Source: Gonapodya sp. JEL0774 (taxonomy: Eukaryota). From it: 64,000 bases of DNA. The translations under genes and the position numbers were made by a program. Under the pieces are notes generated by a model. It was not told the origin of the DNA. It did no database searches and saw nothing but the letters and a program-made list of their open reading frames with translations. The stretch lies in contig JADIIX010000071.1 of the NCBI GenBank assembly GCA_027604505.1, positions 1 to 64,000 on the forward strand. The letters are read 5' to 3'. Shown piece after piece: positions 14,887 to 29,624 of the stretch; position 1 is the first letter of the stretch, and each line of letters starts with the position of its first letter.

Positions 14887-16639
14887 ATGAGTCCAGCAGC
14901 AATCAATCCAAACGTTTTGACACCACAGGAGGATGTCGATGACCTTTTGGAGGGGTTTCTTTCCCCGTCGAAGTTGGTGCGTTTCAACCAATCTTCTTTG
15001 GAATGCGACATAACAGTTCACACTTTCAACCCGAAAGAGGAAACTCTCCCACGAGGAGGATCTGACAAATGTCCAGTATCTTGAGTTGCAGTTGGACTCT
15101 CGCAGAAACGGTTTCGCAAACATCGGCACGTCACTCCCAAACCTGAAATCTCTTGTCTTTGGTTCTGGTAGTTTTGTTTCATCAGTAAGGTACTTTACAA
15201 AGCTATTTTGTAGCTGCATCCTTGTGTCTTTCTTGGATCTCATGTGTGATTACAGGGAACTGGGTTCCTCCCTGGGCCACCTTGTAGTTCTGTCTGTCGC
15301 AAAGTGCAACCTTGTTGAGCTGGACGGCATCGCCGCATTCATCGCTCTGAAGGAGCTGAACATTTCCGGAAATCGAGTATCGGAGTTGTCTCCTCTGGCG
15401 TCCCTGGAACACTTGGAGACCCTGGATTTGCGAGAGTAAGTTGATTTGAACCGGACATTCATAAACATCGATGTCAAAACATTTATCCACTGCAGTAATC
15501 TCGTAGCGGATCCATTCGAGATAGATTATCTCTCCCTTGTAACCACTCTTACGTCCCTTTTCCTCGAGGGAAATCCCGTCGCAAATAACGAAGCAAACAT
15601 TCTGGTCCTGGATGGTGGAGAGACTCGTTCAGAGGATCCTGATGAAAGATACCGATCTATGATATTCAAGACCCTAAAAAATATTCAGCTCCTCGATGGT
15701 CGGCCGCAGGGTTCAAAGGGAACGGCTGGCACTCCACGACGCCCCAGCTCGGGGTCGCGTAGGAGCTTCTCTCGAGCTAGCTGGTCGGACTACGGCCAAA
15801 GTAGGATATCTACATATGCGAATTGCACCTCATTTGTCCTCTTAATTGAACTATGGCGCCTGACTTCTAGTTCGGGAGGACCCACTCGCGCACCCCCAGA
15901 ATCGACCCCTCACACCCCCGTCCACATTTTACGCATCTTATTGTCGACCATCCACACCGATGATCTCGAAAATAATGCCTGAGCTGGCAGGCCTACCAGT
16001 CGAAAGCGATTTAACAAGAGGTAAGCTTCCAGCTAAAGAGGTGCATCTGGATCATAGAAGCGGAATGAATGTATCTGTATTTTCGTAGGCGGTGAGGTTC
16101 TCTGTGGCGGCGGTGCACTCGCACTCCTCCGTGCTCGCCGACGATCCTCTCAATCTTCCGTCGGGTTTCGCTCCCTACCCTCGACGCCCACGTCCACACA
16201 GAGCGTCGCGATAATCTCCCCCACCTCCGTGAAAATCGACAACGAAGATGTGTTGGAGCGTACGTCTCCAGCGCACCGACCGTCACAAAGCACGTTGCCT
16301 GCCGCCTCTGAAGCCATCACTGACCCCAAGCAACCCGTTACTCCCAACTCACCTCCGCGAGCACCTACACCTCCCTCCCATCCACCAACTTCCCATTCCC
16401 CTCGCCGATCTCCCACCCCTCCTTCTCTCCCCCCGGCCGCTCCTAATGAAAAGACGTCCCGCCATTTTATCCGACGAAGATTCACTTCGCCTGGAGATCC
16501 ATCGTTACGCCCACGTCGGATAGCTATCGATGGGGGCGAAGGAGTACATCCGGACGTGTCAGAAAACTTCCTGGGCGTGTCGCATGTTGTTTTGTCAGGT
16601 GCCCGCCGACCAATTGGAATCGTTGCGGCTCCCACGTAG
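14887..16639 (+). CDS. LRRC56: Leucine-rich repeat protein 56-like (ciliary dynein transport), multi-exon
   Basis: EGFLSPSKL, NIGTSLPNLKSL, RELGSSLGHLVVLSVAKCNLVELDGIAAFIALKELNISGNRVSELSPL, LTSLFLEGNPV, then a disordered tail. Confidence 0.82.
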
Positions 16640-16858
16640 GTTTACGGCTAGTAGAGACGACTTCTTCTCGGGATTGTGATTGTAAATTGGAAATTTGGGT
16701 TATGAGTTCTAAAATAGTGGGGTGATCTCTTCGTCTATTTACATTTCTTACAATTGTACACATGAATTATTACTTTGTCGTCGTGTCCTCATCACTGCCG
16801 AGATATCAACCTCTCGTATAATTTAAAGGCGATGGAAATCTCACTCAAACATCACCGA

Positions 16859-19460
16859 TTAGCGGCCCGCTGGTTGAGATTGAAACTTTGCGCGGAACGC
16901 TGCCACAGGACGTGTTAGAAATATTCAAACCACATAGCCCCCCGAGAACATTCACAACGCACATTCATCAAACGCCTCAAGATCCTTCATATCCCTCAAC
17001 ACCCCCTTTGGCAAATATCCCACCAGCCCCGCCGCATGCTCCCTCAACAACCGCTGCCTTTCCATCTCAATGACCCCTCTCCTGTACTCTTCCACTTCCT
17101 GAGAAGCACGGTCGAATTCTGCTTGTTGTTGCCGCTCGCGTTCGAGTGCCATACGGCGTTCGGCAATGATGCGGTCGATTTCGATCTTGTAGTCGATCAT
17201 ACGTTGACGGCGGGCGCGAGCGGTGAGCTGTTCGAGAGCTTCGTCGTCTTGGTACTTTTTGAGCAGCTGGAAGGACGGGGTTTGGGGAGGGGTAGCGAGA
17301 AAGTGGTAGACATGGGTTTGGAATTTGAGAACATGAACCTCCGGTCTGAACCCGGAAACACCTCGTGCGTTCTGCACACCCACCGCATCCAACACCTTTT
17401 TCTCCTCCTCCCTTTCCTTGACTTGTCTCTCTCTCTTCATCTCCAACATTCTCCTATAACTATCGAGCATGTCCAACCGGGCTCTAATTCTCTTCTGCAT
17501 CGCTGCCTGCTCCTGCTGCCGCTCTTTCTCGTCCTGCTCAGCCCTATAGACCTCGATCCTCAACTCCTCGAGCTCCGCCTTGGCCTTCTCCTGCCCCTCG
17601 ATGGTCCTCGCCACCTGCTGGTACAGCGCGTTCTTCTCCTCGTCTTTGTCCTTCTTGGCGGCCCGGGCCCGGGCTTCTCGGTCCGCCAGCGCAGCTGCGT
17701 GCTCAGCGATGCGCCGATTTTCTTCGGCGAGCCGCTGTGATTCGGCCAGTTTCCAGGCTTGGCGGTACGCGAGATGCTCCGCCAGGTCTCGTTGGGTTTC
17801 AGCTTGTTTAGAGAGTTCAGCTTGGCGTTCGCTGTGGCGGGAAGTGGGGAGCGGCACGTGAGTGAGGTGCCGGAAGGACTTTTGTGTGAGAATGGGATGA
17901 AAGAGTCGAGAAACACGTTTGATATTCCCCCGTTCGAATGACTCTCGCGTTCTCGCTCTCGCATCGCTCCGACCCCAAAGCCAACAGCTAGCCTCATCTC
18001 CGTACATGCTAAAGTCTCTCTGCAACACAAATCACACAAACACTCACGCCTCGTCCTCCTCCCTGATCCTCTCAACCAAACCATCGATGATTGCCTTATC
18101 CTTCAAGAACATCTCGTACTCGCGCCGCTTCCTCTCCTGGGCATCCTCGAGCTGTTTCTGCAGCTCGTGCTTGTACGCGAGTTGGGCTTGCAGGGCCTGT
18201 TGGGCGCGCTGTTGGTCGAGGAGCGAGTCGGCTTCGAGCGTGGCCAGGCGGGATTGAGCGAGGGCGGTTTCTTCGGCCTGTCAGGGGACGGGGCAAGGCG
18301 GGATAGGTGGTGAGGTGGCAGATGGAGATGGCCCGAACGTGAATTACGGCACTAGGTAGTCCTGAGCCCCCAATCAACACTTGTCTGTCGCAATCGCCCT
18401 TTCTTGATTGATCTCCCCCAACCTCGCCAGTTCGTGTCATTGAGCGTTCCCATCACAGGTGTTATCGTGCCTTTCATCGACCCACCTTGACCCTCTCCTC
18501 TGCCAACTTCTTCTCCTTTATCTGGACTGCTCTTTCCTTGTTCATGTACGCGTAATTGAGCTTCTGTTCCAGCTCTCTGAGCTCGACGCACGTCTCTCGG
18601 ATGCTCTGCCGTTGTTTTTCCCGGCGGAGTTGGTCCAGGCGGATGCGCTCTGCTTCTTGGGACTCGGCGAGAGCAAGCTCGGCAAGATGCGCGCGGTGGG
18701 CTTGGGCGCGGTTAAACTGAGGAAGGGGGCGAAACAGGGGAGAGCGTTTGGGGGTGATGCGGAGGGGAAGGTCGGGGAAGTGGAAGGCAGAGTGAGGGAT
18801 TCAGTTGAGAGTGGAGTCGGAAGGAGTCGGTTACTTTGCGAGGCAGTAGGAAACGGGAGCAAGTGCAAATGTATCTGGTAGGAACTGAACAAACAACATT
18901 CCAGCGCACGCATTCAGTGGAACTCCTTGGTGACGATCTCATTTCCCATGAAACGAGGTCCGAGCGAGGCTAATTGTGCATTGAAATATGATAATACAGG
19001 TCCATGCCCTCCATGGGCCAGTTGACACGACAGTCCAGTCCCTGCATGCATCACAAACTCTGACAGCTTCAAATCATGGAAATTGCAGGGCACCGCATGC
19101 ACAAGGAACCGGTAGCAGTCTACATTGATCCCGGACTAGAGCTCTCGCTGACGGCTGACACCTGACAGCTGACTCTAGATAGTGCCACTTGCTGGCACTC
19201 GTTGCCCAGGGGCATTGTGTATTTCCCTACACAGCGGCCTCACACGGACTGACCTCTTCGATCTCCGCCCTCCTTTGCTCGACCTCCTTGCGCTCCCTTT
19301 CCTCCCTGAGTCTCCTGAGCATGTCGATCCTGTCCTCCTGGTTGTTTGCCTCTCTGATGAGGTTATGTTGCCTGAGCTGAGCAGCGAGCTCTGAGCGTTC
19401 GAGGTCTCTCTTCCTGGCATCCTGCTGTCTGCGTTCGAGTATGAGTCTGGACTGGGCCAT
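16859..19460 (-). CDS. MNS1: Meiosis-specific nuclear structural protein 1 (TPH-domain axonemal coiled-coil), multi-exon
   Basis: Long coiled coil with IRLDQLRREKQRQSIRETCVELRELEQKLNYAYMNKER and the C-terminal signature ERQRLLREHAAGLVGYLPKGVLRD. Confidence 0.87.
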
Positions 19461-19972
19461 ATGGGAAGGGGTGGGGTGGGAGGTGGGTAGGTGGGGGGGG
19501 TGGTTAAGTGTGCGTGTGGGTGTGGAGCGTGGGAATACGTGGGAGACAGAGCGATGCTGCGGATTCTGTTGAGTGGACTGTGCGCAGATGCTCAAATCAA
19601 TCCCCCAGCAGGTCTTGCTCTCTGGTAGTGCTTGTGCCCCATCCGCTGTGGTCATATCAGATCGGGGTTGGATTCATCCGCGATCCCTTTCTGTTCCTGC
19701 GCATTACTGGTGAGCTGATATCTCTTGCAAAGAAGTTTATATAAACCAGATTTAGTTATGAATTCGCAACAATGGGACTGTGGTTCTCAGACAGTTGACC
19801 CCGTAAACAATCCTTAAGCGGTTTGAGAATAAATCCGTTACTTACATAACGAAGGGCCTCTCGCCGCAAATTACCCATGCATGGTCTCCGTCAATTGTTC
19901 GGTTGATTTTTGTGAGCTGAGTTGTGTGGCGGTGCAAGTTCGCATCTATTTATTTCTACGGCCACGAAATTG

Positions 19973-21739
19973 CTCACTCAGGCGGGCAACACAAGCCAAC
20001 ACAAGCCAACACAAGCCAACACAAGCGGAAGCGGAGGATAAGAGTATCCGAGCATTCAGTTGGAATGAGCCTTGTCTGACGGTTGGATCAAACCAGCTTC
20101 TCCTCGCCTGGTGCGGTGCCCGTCGGACCGGCCAAGGTCGCCCTTTTGCGTCGACACACCGGTCCAGTCCTTCCACGGCCGCTTCCAGATTATGCCAACA
20201 GTTTGATGGGACCTATCTTTATCCACAATGTTCTCAAGTCCGGGCTGCGTACCTCTTCATATCAGCTAAGAGCGATGCTCTACTCGCCCAACTTCTCGCA
20301 TCTCCAGAGCCTGCCGTTGGTTCTCTCCAGGTTCCTACCTCCTACTATAGCGCACTCCTTGTGCTCTGCCTCTCCCGACCGGCTCATCTTGGTCCACGCG
20401 AACCTGACCGCCCGACTCAGCAACTTGTCTCCAAAGCGCCAGTCCCCTTCTTGCCACGACACATCTTCTCTCGCATCTACGGAAACCGACTGCATACCAC
20501 CCAAATAAGCGCTAGGTCTTTCCCTCTTTGGATTTGAGTCGCCTCCTTCTTTCGCTCTGTTCCTGTCCCAAGGACTACACACTTGACTCCCCCACATCAC
20601 CGAACCCCATCGATACGAAAGCGCCGGTCCCTTCCCTACCACGGCAAAACTTTGTCATATCTGCCAAGACCAATTGCACACCACTCAAATAAGCGCTAGG
20701 TCTTTCTCTCTTTGGATTTGAGTCGCCTCCTTCTTTCGCTCTGTTCTTGTCCCAAGGAGTACACACTTGACTCCCCCTATATCCCAACCCCGTCGAGATG
20801 AGAGCGCCGGTCCATTTCTTGCAACGACAAAGCTTCTCTCACATCTGCCGAAACCAATTGCACACCACTCAATTAAGCGCTAGGTCTTTCCCTCTTTGGA
20901 TTTGAGTCGCCTCCTCCTTTCGCTCTGTTCTTCCCAAAAGGACTTCTTGACTCCCTTCGAACCACCTCGAGATCTTTTTGAGCGTGCGATCAATGTCTGC
21001 ATGGAGAACCGGTGTTCACGATGCCTGCTCGCCTGGCAAGTGCTTCTTTGTTCTATCCCCGTCTGGCCACCCCCCCGTTGCATTCTCCAGGACTCAGTGT
21101 CCCTCCAACTCCTATCCAATCCTCGTGTTTATCTGTTCGCTCCGAGTCATACTTCGTCGTCTCATTATGACAGTGGAGGCAAGCATTGCTGCTTTTCATC
21201 GCCTCGCGAGTCATCCGTCTCCAGATTCGTTCCCAGAGTTTTTGTGCATCTGCCGGCTCCTTCAATTCACGGACGTTTCTCGTTATGGTTACCTGTCAGC
21301 TCCACCGAATATATGCGGGCGATGCTTTGTAATCATTGGACAGTACGTCAGATTTGCCAGTTGTTCATGAAGTTGCTAGACTGTGGGGAGGAGGGATCTT
21401 CTCTTGATTCAGGAGTCTGCGTAACCTTTCGAACAATTCCATCAGTACCAGTCAGAGCCTAGTCTCACATGGACATTATTCTCAGTGAGCGGTATCTTGT
21501 ACTCCTTCTTGTACGGTTTCGTGGTCTGTTATTAGTTGGAAATCTGGGTGCATATCGGGAGTTAGATTTAGGTCCGGGAGGAAGTATTGGCGTCACCGGG
21601 GACTCCGGCGTGGTTCAGGACAACAATTACACCACGTGGAGCGCAATTGACCTGCCCACCTCTCCGTGGTGCGCTCTAGAAACGCACGCTCATTGCTGAC
21701 TGTGAGCAAGAGAGCGGGCGGCTAAGAGGCAGGCTTAAG
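19973..21739 (+). repeat. Dispersed repeat, copy A (~1.77 kb; three 184-bp internal subrepeats)
   Basis: Colinear with copies B and C from ctcaggcgg...gcggaggataagag to ...ggctaagaggcaggcttaag. Confidence 0.92.
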
Positions 21740-22366
21740 GTGTCAGTTGTTGTTTCATTGATTGGATACTCGGTGGGTAAGGAAGGAAGAATCGTGGCAC
21801 GGGCTTTGGAGCAACAGTCTTCGAGGAGCCAGCGATCTTGAGAGCAACAGAATATTATTCAAATGGTATTTATTGGATAAGAGAATTTTTGCTCACAGTA
21901 CAATATCATCCCCCTGTCTCTGTGTGGGATACCGCGATCGTGATCGCCAGCGAAAACAACATTGGCGACAAATCCTTAGATTCTGCCCCCCTTGACTACA
22001 TCCCCCATTGTCGCCTGCTCGATGCACAACTATTTGCCTACCATCACTTCCCTGCTCTATCCCTCGGCTCGTTCTTCACATTTCATCTTCTCCTCGCGGT
22101 GTTGAATCCGCTTACTTAGTTCCCTTCTCCGTCCACACTCTCTTCTTCGATCCCCTCTATCGCCCGGCTCCCTGTCACTCTAAACACTCCCATCATGGTC
22201 TCGTTATTTGCACGTTTCTATCACGTGCCACCTGGGTTCCCCTCTCTTTTTCCGCGGGAAGATATCTCCTACTCCCATCGGTAAAAAACCCCGCTCCCTT
22301 GCTCCACCAATCCACTTTCCCCCTTTCTCCAATCTCACTATTTTTTTCCTAACACACCTTTAGTAT

Positions 22367-24086
<1,720 letters not shown>

Positions 24087-25029
24087 TAGAGGTTGAATCG
24101 AGAAGTTTTGAACCGCTCCACTCTTGTTGGTAAAAGTGCAATTCATTGTAACAGAAAAGTGAAAGGTGGTCATGAAAGTCACGATGGCGTCACAGGGCCC
24201 TCCATGGACAATTCCACACATTTACATAGATCCTGCCAAAATTGGTTCGCGGTCATCCCCGCCAACGGATATGTCACATTCAGTCGGTACAAATGTAACT
24301 TCTCAGTGGGTCTCATGGCGCTGGTATCATTTAAACTACCGAGCCTGCGGTGCTGCCTACAAGCTTTAACCCCGTACATACTCCATTCAGACTCACAGTC
24401 TCCTGTAACTTGGAGTAACGTTGTCCCGCAACTGAGGCTGCAACACACTCCATAATTGCATATCTCCTTATTCCAGGCAAACGTTTATTCTTATATCTCT
24501 TTGATTTCGAGAGTTTGTAGGGGAGACCATAACCTTTAAAGGAAGAACAACGCTGCGAGAGGCCCACTCCCAAACAACCCCAAACACGTTGGAGACAGCT
24601 CCACGTATACCTTGATCGTGATCTACCCCGTAAAGTTGTAAAGCAGTAGTTATGTACTATGTTCAGTTCCGACAGTCGGTGAAACAAACCATTTCTACCA
24701 AAACCTTCACGAACAGCTCCCCTGATCGCTGAATTACCCTTGTTGCTATCACTGACTTTCCTGAAGAATTGAACTACCGTGAACGAGCTCCGCGCATGCT
24801 TTGGTAGCAAGGTTACCAGCCCGCCTGTCGCTATCCACAAATTGTCTGACATAATGCCCACCTTCAGCACCCATCTTTGAAAACATTCGGACCGGTTGAG
24901 TGTACTCATCTGTTCAAATTTAGGGGTTATAGTCGTCATGGGGCAGCGAGTTCAAGACGGAAGTTCAGCATTAATTTGCTTGGGTGCGCCACAACGATGA
25001 GCCTACCACAAACATGCCTGGAAATCCAA

Positions 25030-26587
25030 CAGAATACTCACTCGGGCGGCCAACACAAGCCAACACAAGCAGAAGCGGAAGCGGAGGATAAGAGTTCCGA
25101 GCATTCAGTCTGAATGAGCCTTGTCTGACGGTTGGATCAAACCAGCTTCTTCTCGCCTGGCGCGGTGCCCAACGGACCGGCCAAGGTCGCTCATTGCGTC
25201 TCCGCAACGGTCCAGTCCTTGCACGATCACTTCTAGAAGATGCTACCTGCTTGATGGCACCTATCTCTACCCACAATGTCCTCGAGCCCGGGCTGTGTAC
25301 ATCTGCATATCAGCTAAGAGCGATGCTCAACTTCTGGCATGTCCAGAGCCTGCCATTGGTTCTCTCCAGGTTCCCACCTCCTACTTTGGCACAGTCCTTG
25401 TGCTCTGCCTTTCCCGACCGGCTCATCTTGGTCCACGCAAACGTGACCGCCCGACTCCATGAAAGCGCCAGTACCCTGTTACACCGACACGTCTTCTCTC
25501 ATATCTACGGAAACCGACTCCACACCATTCAAATAAGCGCTAGGTCTTTTCCTTTTTGGATCTGAGTCGCCTGCTTTCGCTCCGTTCCTTCCAAAGGACC
25601 TAAAAGTACTCGAATCCCCATATATTCGAACCCGCTCTATACCAATGCGCCGGTCCCCCTTCTTTGCAACAACACATCTGGCTTTTCGCTTACCAAAAGC
25701 GACTGCATATCAATGAAATGAGCGCTAGGTCTTTCACGCTATGGATTTGAGTCGCCTCCTCCTTGCACTCTGTTCTTCCCAAAAGGACTCCTTGACTCCC
25801 CTATTCGAGCCACCTCGAGATCTTCTTGGACGTGCGATCAATATCTGAATGGAGAATCGGTGATCACGACGACTGCTCGCCTTCGCAAGTGCTTCTTTGT
25901 TCTATCCCCGTCTGGCCACCGCCCCGTTGCATTCTCCAGGACTCAGTGTCCCTCCAACTCCTTTCCACTCTGCGTATTTATTTTCGCTCCGAGTCATACT
26001 TCGTCATCATTATGACGCTGGAGGCAAGCATTGCTGCTGTTCATCCCCTCGCGAGTCATCCGTCTCCAAATTCGTTCGCAGAGTTGTTTGTGCATCTGCC
26101 GGCTCCTTCATTTCACGGAAGTTTCTCGTTGTGATTACCTGTCAGCTCCACCGAATATATGCGGGCGATGCTTTGTAATCGTTGGACAGTACGTCAGATT
26201 TGTCAGTTTTCATGAACTTGCTAGACTGTGGGGAGGAGGGGTCTTCTCTTGATTCAGGAGTCCGCACAATCAACCGAACGGTTCCATTACCACCAGCCAG
26301 AGGGCAGTCGCATATGGACATTTTTTTCAGTGAGCTGTATCTTCTGTACCTTCTTGTATTGTTTCCTGGTCTGTTATTAAGCTGGGGATGTGGGTGCAAA
26401 GCAGCAGTGTGATTTGGCTCAGGAGGAAGTATTGGCGTCACCGGGGACTCCGGCGTGGTTCAGGACAACAATCACACCACGTGGAGCGCGATTGTCCTGC
26501 CCACCTCTTCGTGGTGCGCTCTAGAAACACTGTAGCTCTCTTGTTCACTTTGAGCAAGAGCGCAGGTGGCTAAGAGGCAGGTCCAAG
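25030..26587 (+). repeat. Dispersed repeat, copy B (~1.56 kb; two subrepeats)
   Basis: Diverged direct copy of 19973-21739. Confidence 0.92.
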
Positions 26588-27727
26588 AGTGGAGACCTGG
26601 ATCTTCATCGGAACCTCTGCATTACTCAGACGTGGTGGCATGATCAGGGGACAGAGTCTTTCGGGACATCATGAACTGCGACTATGCAGCCATGAGAAGA
26701 CTTTCCTCCTTCGCCTCCATCAGGCTCCGAACGGTGTCCTTGTACACATCCTGATACTCGTGGTCGCCAAACAATTTTCTTTTTTTGAGCTCCTTCCCAC
26801 AAAGACCTGACTGGTCTTCCTGGTACCCGTCTTGATCGAGACACCAACGAGATTTTGGGTTTGTGCCATTGGTGATGGCTCTTTGTAGCCCATGAAGGAA
26901 GTCAGCTTCCCCATGGGGAGTTTGCTGTTCTCGAAATGCAACCAAAGGTTATCGACTATCGTTACGAAAGAGACGACGGAGCGAAGAGGGGAGCAGGATC
27001 AATGCATGTGCGTTTCGCGCAGCTGTCGCTCTTTGCTTGAACTAATGATCAGCAAGTGGCAAGCTGCTTGCCCGCTTCCTTTCGATTTTGATTTCGAGGG
27101 ATGTGAGGATTCACCCAATCCGGTTGACAATCACGTTCATTTTCCGAATTGCCACGTTTAAATTTGAGGGAAGAATAGTGTTGGTTGCAGCTATTGCCTT
27201 TTTGTTCTCATAAATTGATCTCGATGTGTTTATGAGTATTAGTGTATCCTAATTATGACATTCTTATCTTACAAGCGTTCATGTACACATCCATAACAAG
27301 TAGCCGCTAAATATTCTCTCTGAAGATGTACATCGACGGATGTCTGTGCTCTTTCGTCCTTCTCTCCTGTATTTTGTAATGTAGCATATTTGCAACGCGG
27401 TCCCCGACATCATACAATGCGGCTGGAAGGAAGTTAACGAATCCAATTCAGTTGAAGGCCATCCATGCCAACCACCGTTAGTTCCCAACACTCATTCTGC
27501 GTTGTCCTGACAGGCTGCGTTCTCTGATCTCACCACGTCTGAGCAAACGCCGATTCTCCGCAGCATATCTGAACGAATGTGGTTGTTTTGGTGGTGACAG
27601 TAACAGAAGGACCTCTTGTGTCTGGCTGATCCACATCCATACAACCATAACCCTCTTTGTTGCCCATCGCATCCATATCTACAAAACCATGCCCAGAGTA
27701 TCCCACTAAAGGAAACTAAATTTCCCG

Positions 27728-29291
27728 CTTAAGCCTGCCACTTAGCCGCCCGCTCTCTTGCTTGAAGTGAACATGAGAGCCGCGGCGTTTCTAGAGCGCA
27801 CCACGAAGAGGTGGGCAGGTCAATTGCGCTCCACGTGGTGTAATTGTCGTCCCGTACCACGCCGGAGTCCCCGGTGACGCCACTACTTCCTCCCTGATCA
27901 AATCTCACGCCCCGTTCACAACCGCACCCCTAGCTAATAACCGACCAGGAAACCGTACAAAGAGGAGTAAAAGATACAGCTCACTCATCACTGAGAATAA
28001 TGTCCATGTGCAACTACGCTCTGGCAGGTGGTGACGGAACCGTTCGGCTGGCTATGCAGACCCCTGAAATCAAGAGAAGACCCCTTCTCTCCGCAGTCTA
28101 GCAACTTCATGGAGAACTGGCAAATCTGACGTACTGTCCAACGATTACAAAGTATCGCCCGCATATATTCGGTGGAGCTGACCAAACCGCAACGTGAAAC
28201 TTCGGTGAACTGAAGGAGTTCACAGGATGCACAGCGAACTCTGCGAACGGATCTGGGAGACGGGTGACTCTCGAGGGGATGAACAGCAGCAGCGCTTGCC
28301 TCGAGCGTCATATGATAACCCTACGAAGTATGAATATGTGCGAAGAGATGAAAAATGCGTAGTAGAGGAGTTGGAGAGACACAGTGTCCTGGAGAATGCA
28401 AAAGGGAGGTGGCCGGCAGGTGTATCGATCATAGAAGCACTTGCCAGACCGAACAGGCTTTGCGAAGACATAATTCTCATGTGAGCCATTGGATGTACTG
28501 CAAAGATGATCTCGAGGCAGTTCGAATAGTGGAGTCAAGTAGTCCTTTGGGGAAGAACAGAGCGAAACGAGGAGCGACTCAAATCCGTAGACGGAAAGAC
28601 CTAGCGCTCATTTGATTGATATGCAGTCGGTTTCGGTAAGTGAGAGAAGCCACTTTAAGAAGGGGACCGGCGCTTTCGTATCGAGGGGATTCAGCAAATG
28701 TGGGAGTCAAGTAGTCCTTCGGGGAGGAACAGAGCGAAAGGAGGAGGCGACTCAAATCCAAAGAGGGAAGACCTAGCGATTATTTAAGCGGTATGCAGTC
28801 GGTGTCAGCAGATGTGAGAGAAGATGTGTCGTTGTAAGAAGGTACTGCCGCTTTCGAGACATGTTGCTGAGTCGGGTATCACGTTCGCGTCGACCAAGAT
28901 GAGCCGGTCGGGAAAGGCAGAGCACAAGACTTGTGCTATAGTAGGAGGTGAGAACCTGGAGAGAACCAACGGCAGGCTCTGGAGATGCGAGAAGTTGGGC
29001 GAGTGCAGTATCGCTCTTAGCTGATATGCAGAGGTACGCAGCCCGGGCTCGAGGACATTGTGGGTAGAGGTAAGTCCCATCAAGCTGATGGCATCATCTG
29101 GAAGCGGCGGTGGAAGGAGTGGACCGTTGTGTCGACGCAAAGGAGCGACCTTGGCCGGTCCGTTGGGCACCGCGCCAGGCGAGAAGAAGCTGGTTTGATC
29201 CAACCGTCAGACAAGGCTCAATCATACTGAATGCTCAGAACTCTTATCCTCCGCTTCCGCTTCTGCTTGTGGGCGCCGCCTGAGTAATCTG
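27728..29291 (-). repeat. Dispersed repeat, copy C (~1.56 kb, inverted; two subrepeats)
   Basis: Reverse complement is colinear with copies A and B end to end. Confidence 0.92.
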
Positions 29292-29624
29292 CTCGAGTTG
29301 CGAAGCGCCAACCTCACGATGAGTGGTCACAGCACACAAGCAACAATTAGCAGACAAATGCACACAAATCCATCTCAAAGGTTGCTAGATTCCATGATCG
29401 AACGGGCATCCCATAAAAATGAAAAGTGTGTTTCCCAGTTACATTGGCAACACGGGTAAACGTCAGGAGGAAGAACATTCCTTTACGTTTCAATGTGCCC
29501 GAATGTTTCATTTACATGCTGATATTTGACGTTTGTAATGTTATGCATGTTTCGGATATCCGGGCGGACTGACTGCGTGAAGGGACATACCTTCCCCTAT
29601 TCACCACCTCCATGTTGCATAACT

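Noticed and set aside
17036..17740. Long antisense ORFs (e.g. 17036-17740, 50889-51485, 51534-52187, 60950-61513)
   Set aside because: Shadows of real coding exons on the opposite strand; no independent motifs.
20083..20508. ORFs open in all repeat copies (DQTSFSSPGAVP...; alternative frame DGTYLYPQC)
   Set aside because: Non-ATG starts and mostly non-synonymous differences between copies. The DGTYLYPQC stretch shows a few synonymous changes but copy C has a stop just before it. Not enough to call coding.
20500..20960. CRISPR-like or retrozyme-like array in the 184-bp subrepeats
   Set aside because: Whole units are homologous (no unique spacers), there are no cas genes, and I found no hammerhead CTGANGA/GAAA core by eye.
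21670..21680. Helitron 3' end (hairpin + CTAG)
   Set aside because: Homology among the three copies continues about 60 bp beyond the CTAG.
29438..29451. RFX X-box-like GTTACATTGGCAAC
   Set aside because: Two mismatches to consensus and it lies upstream of a non-ciliary gene; could be chance.
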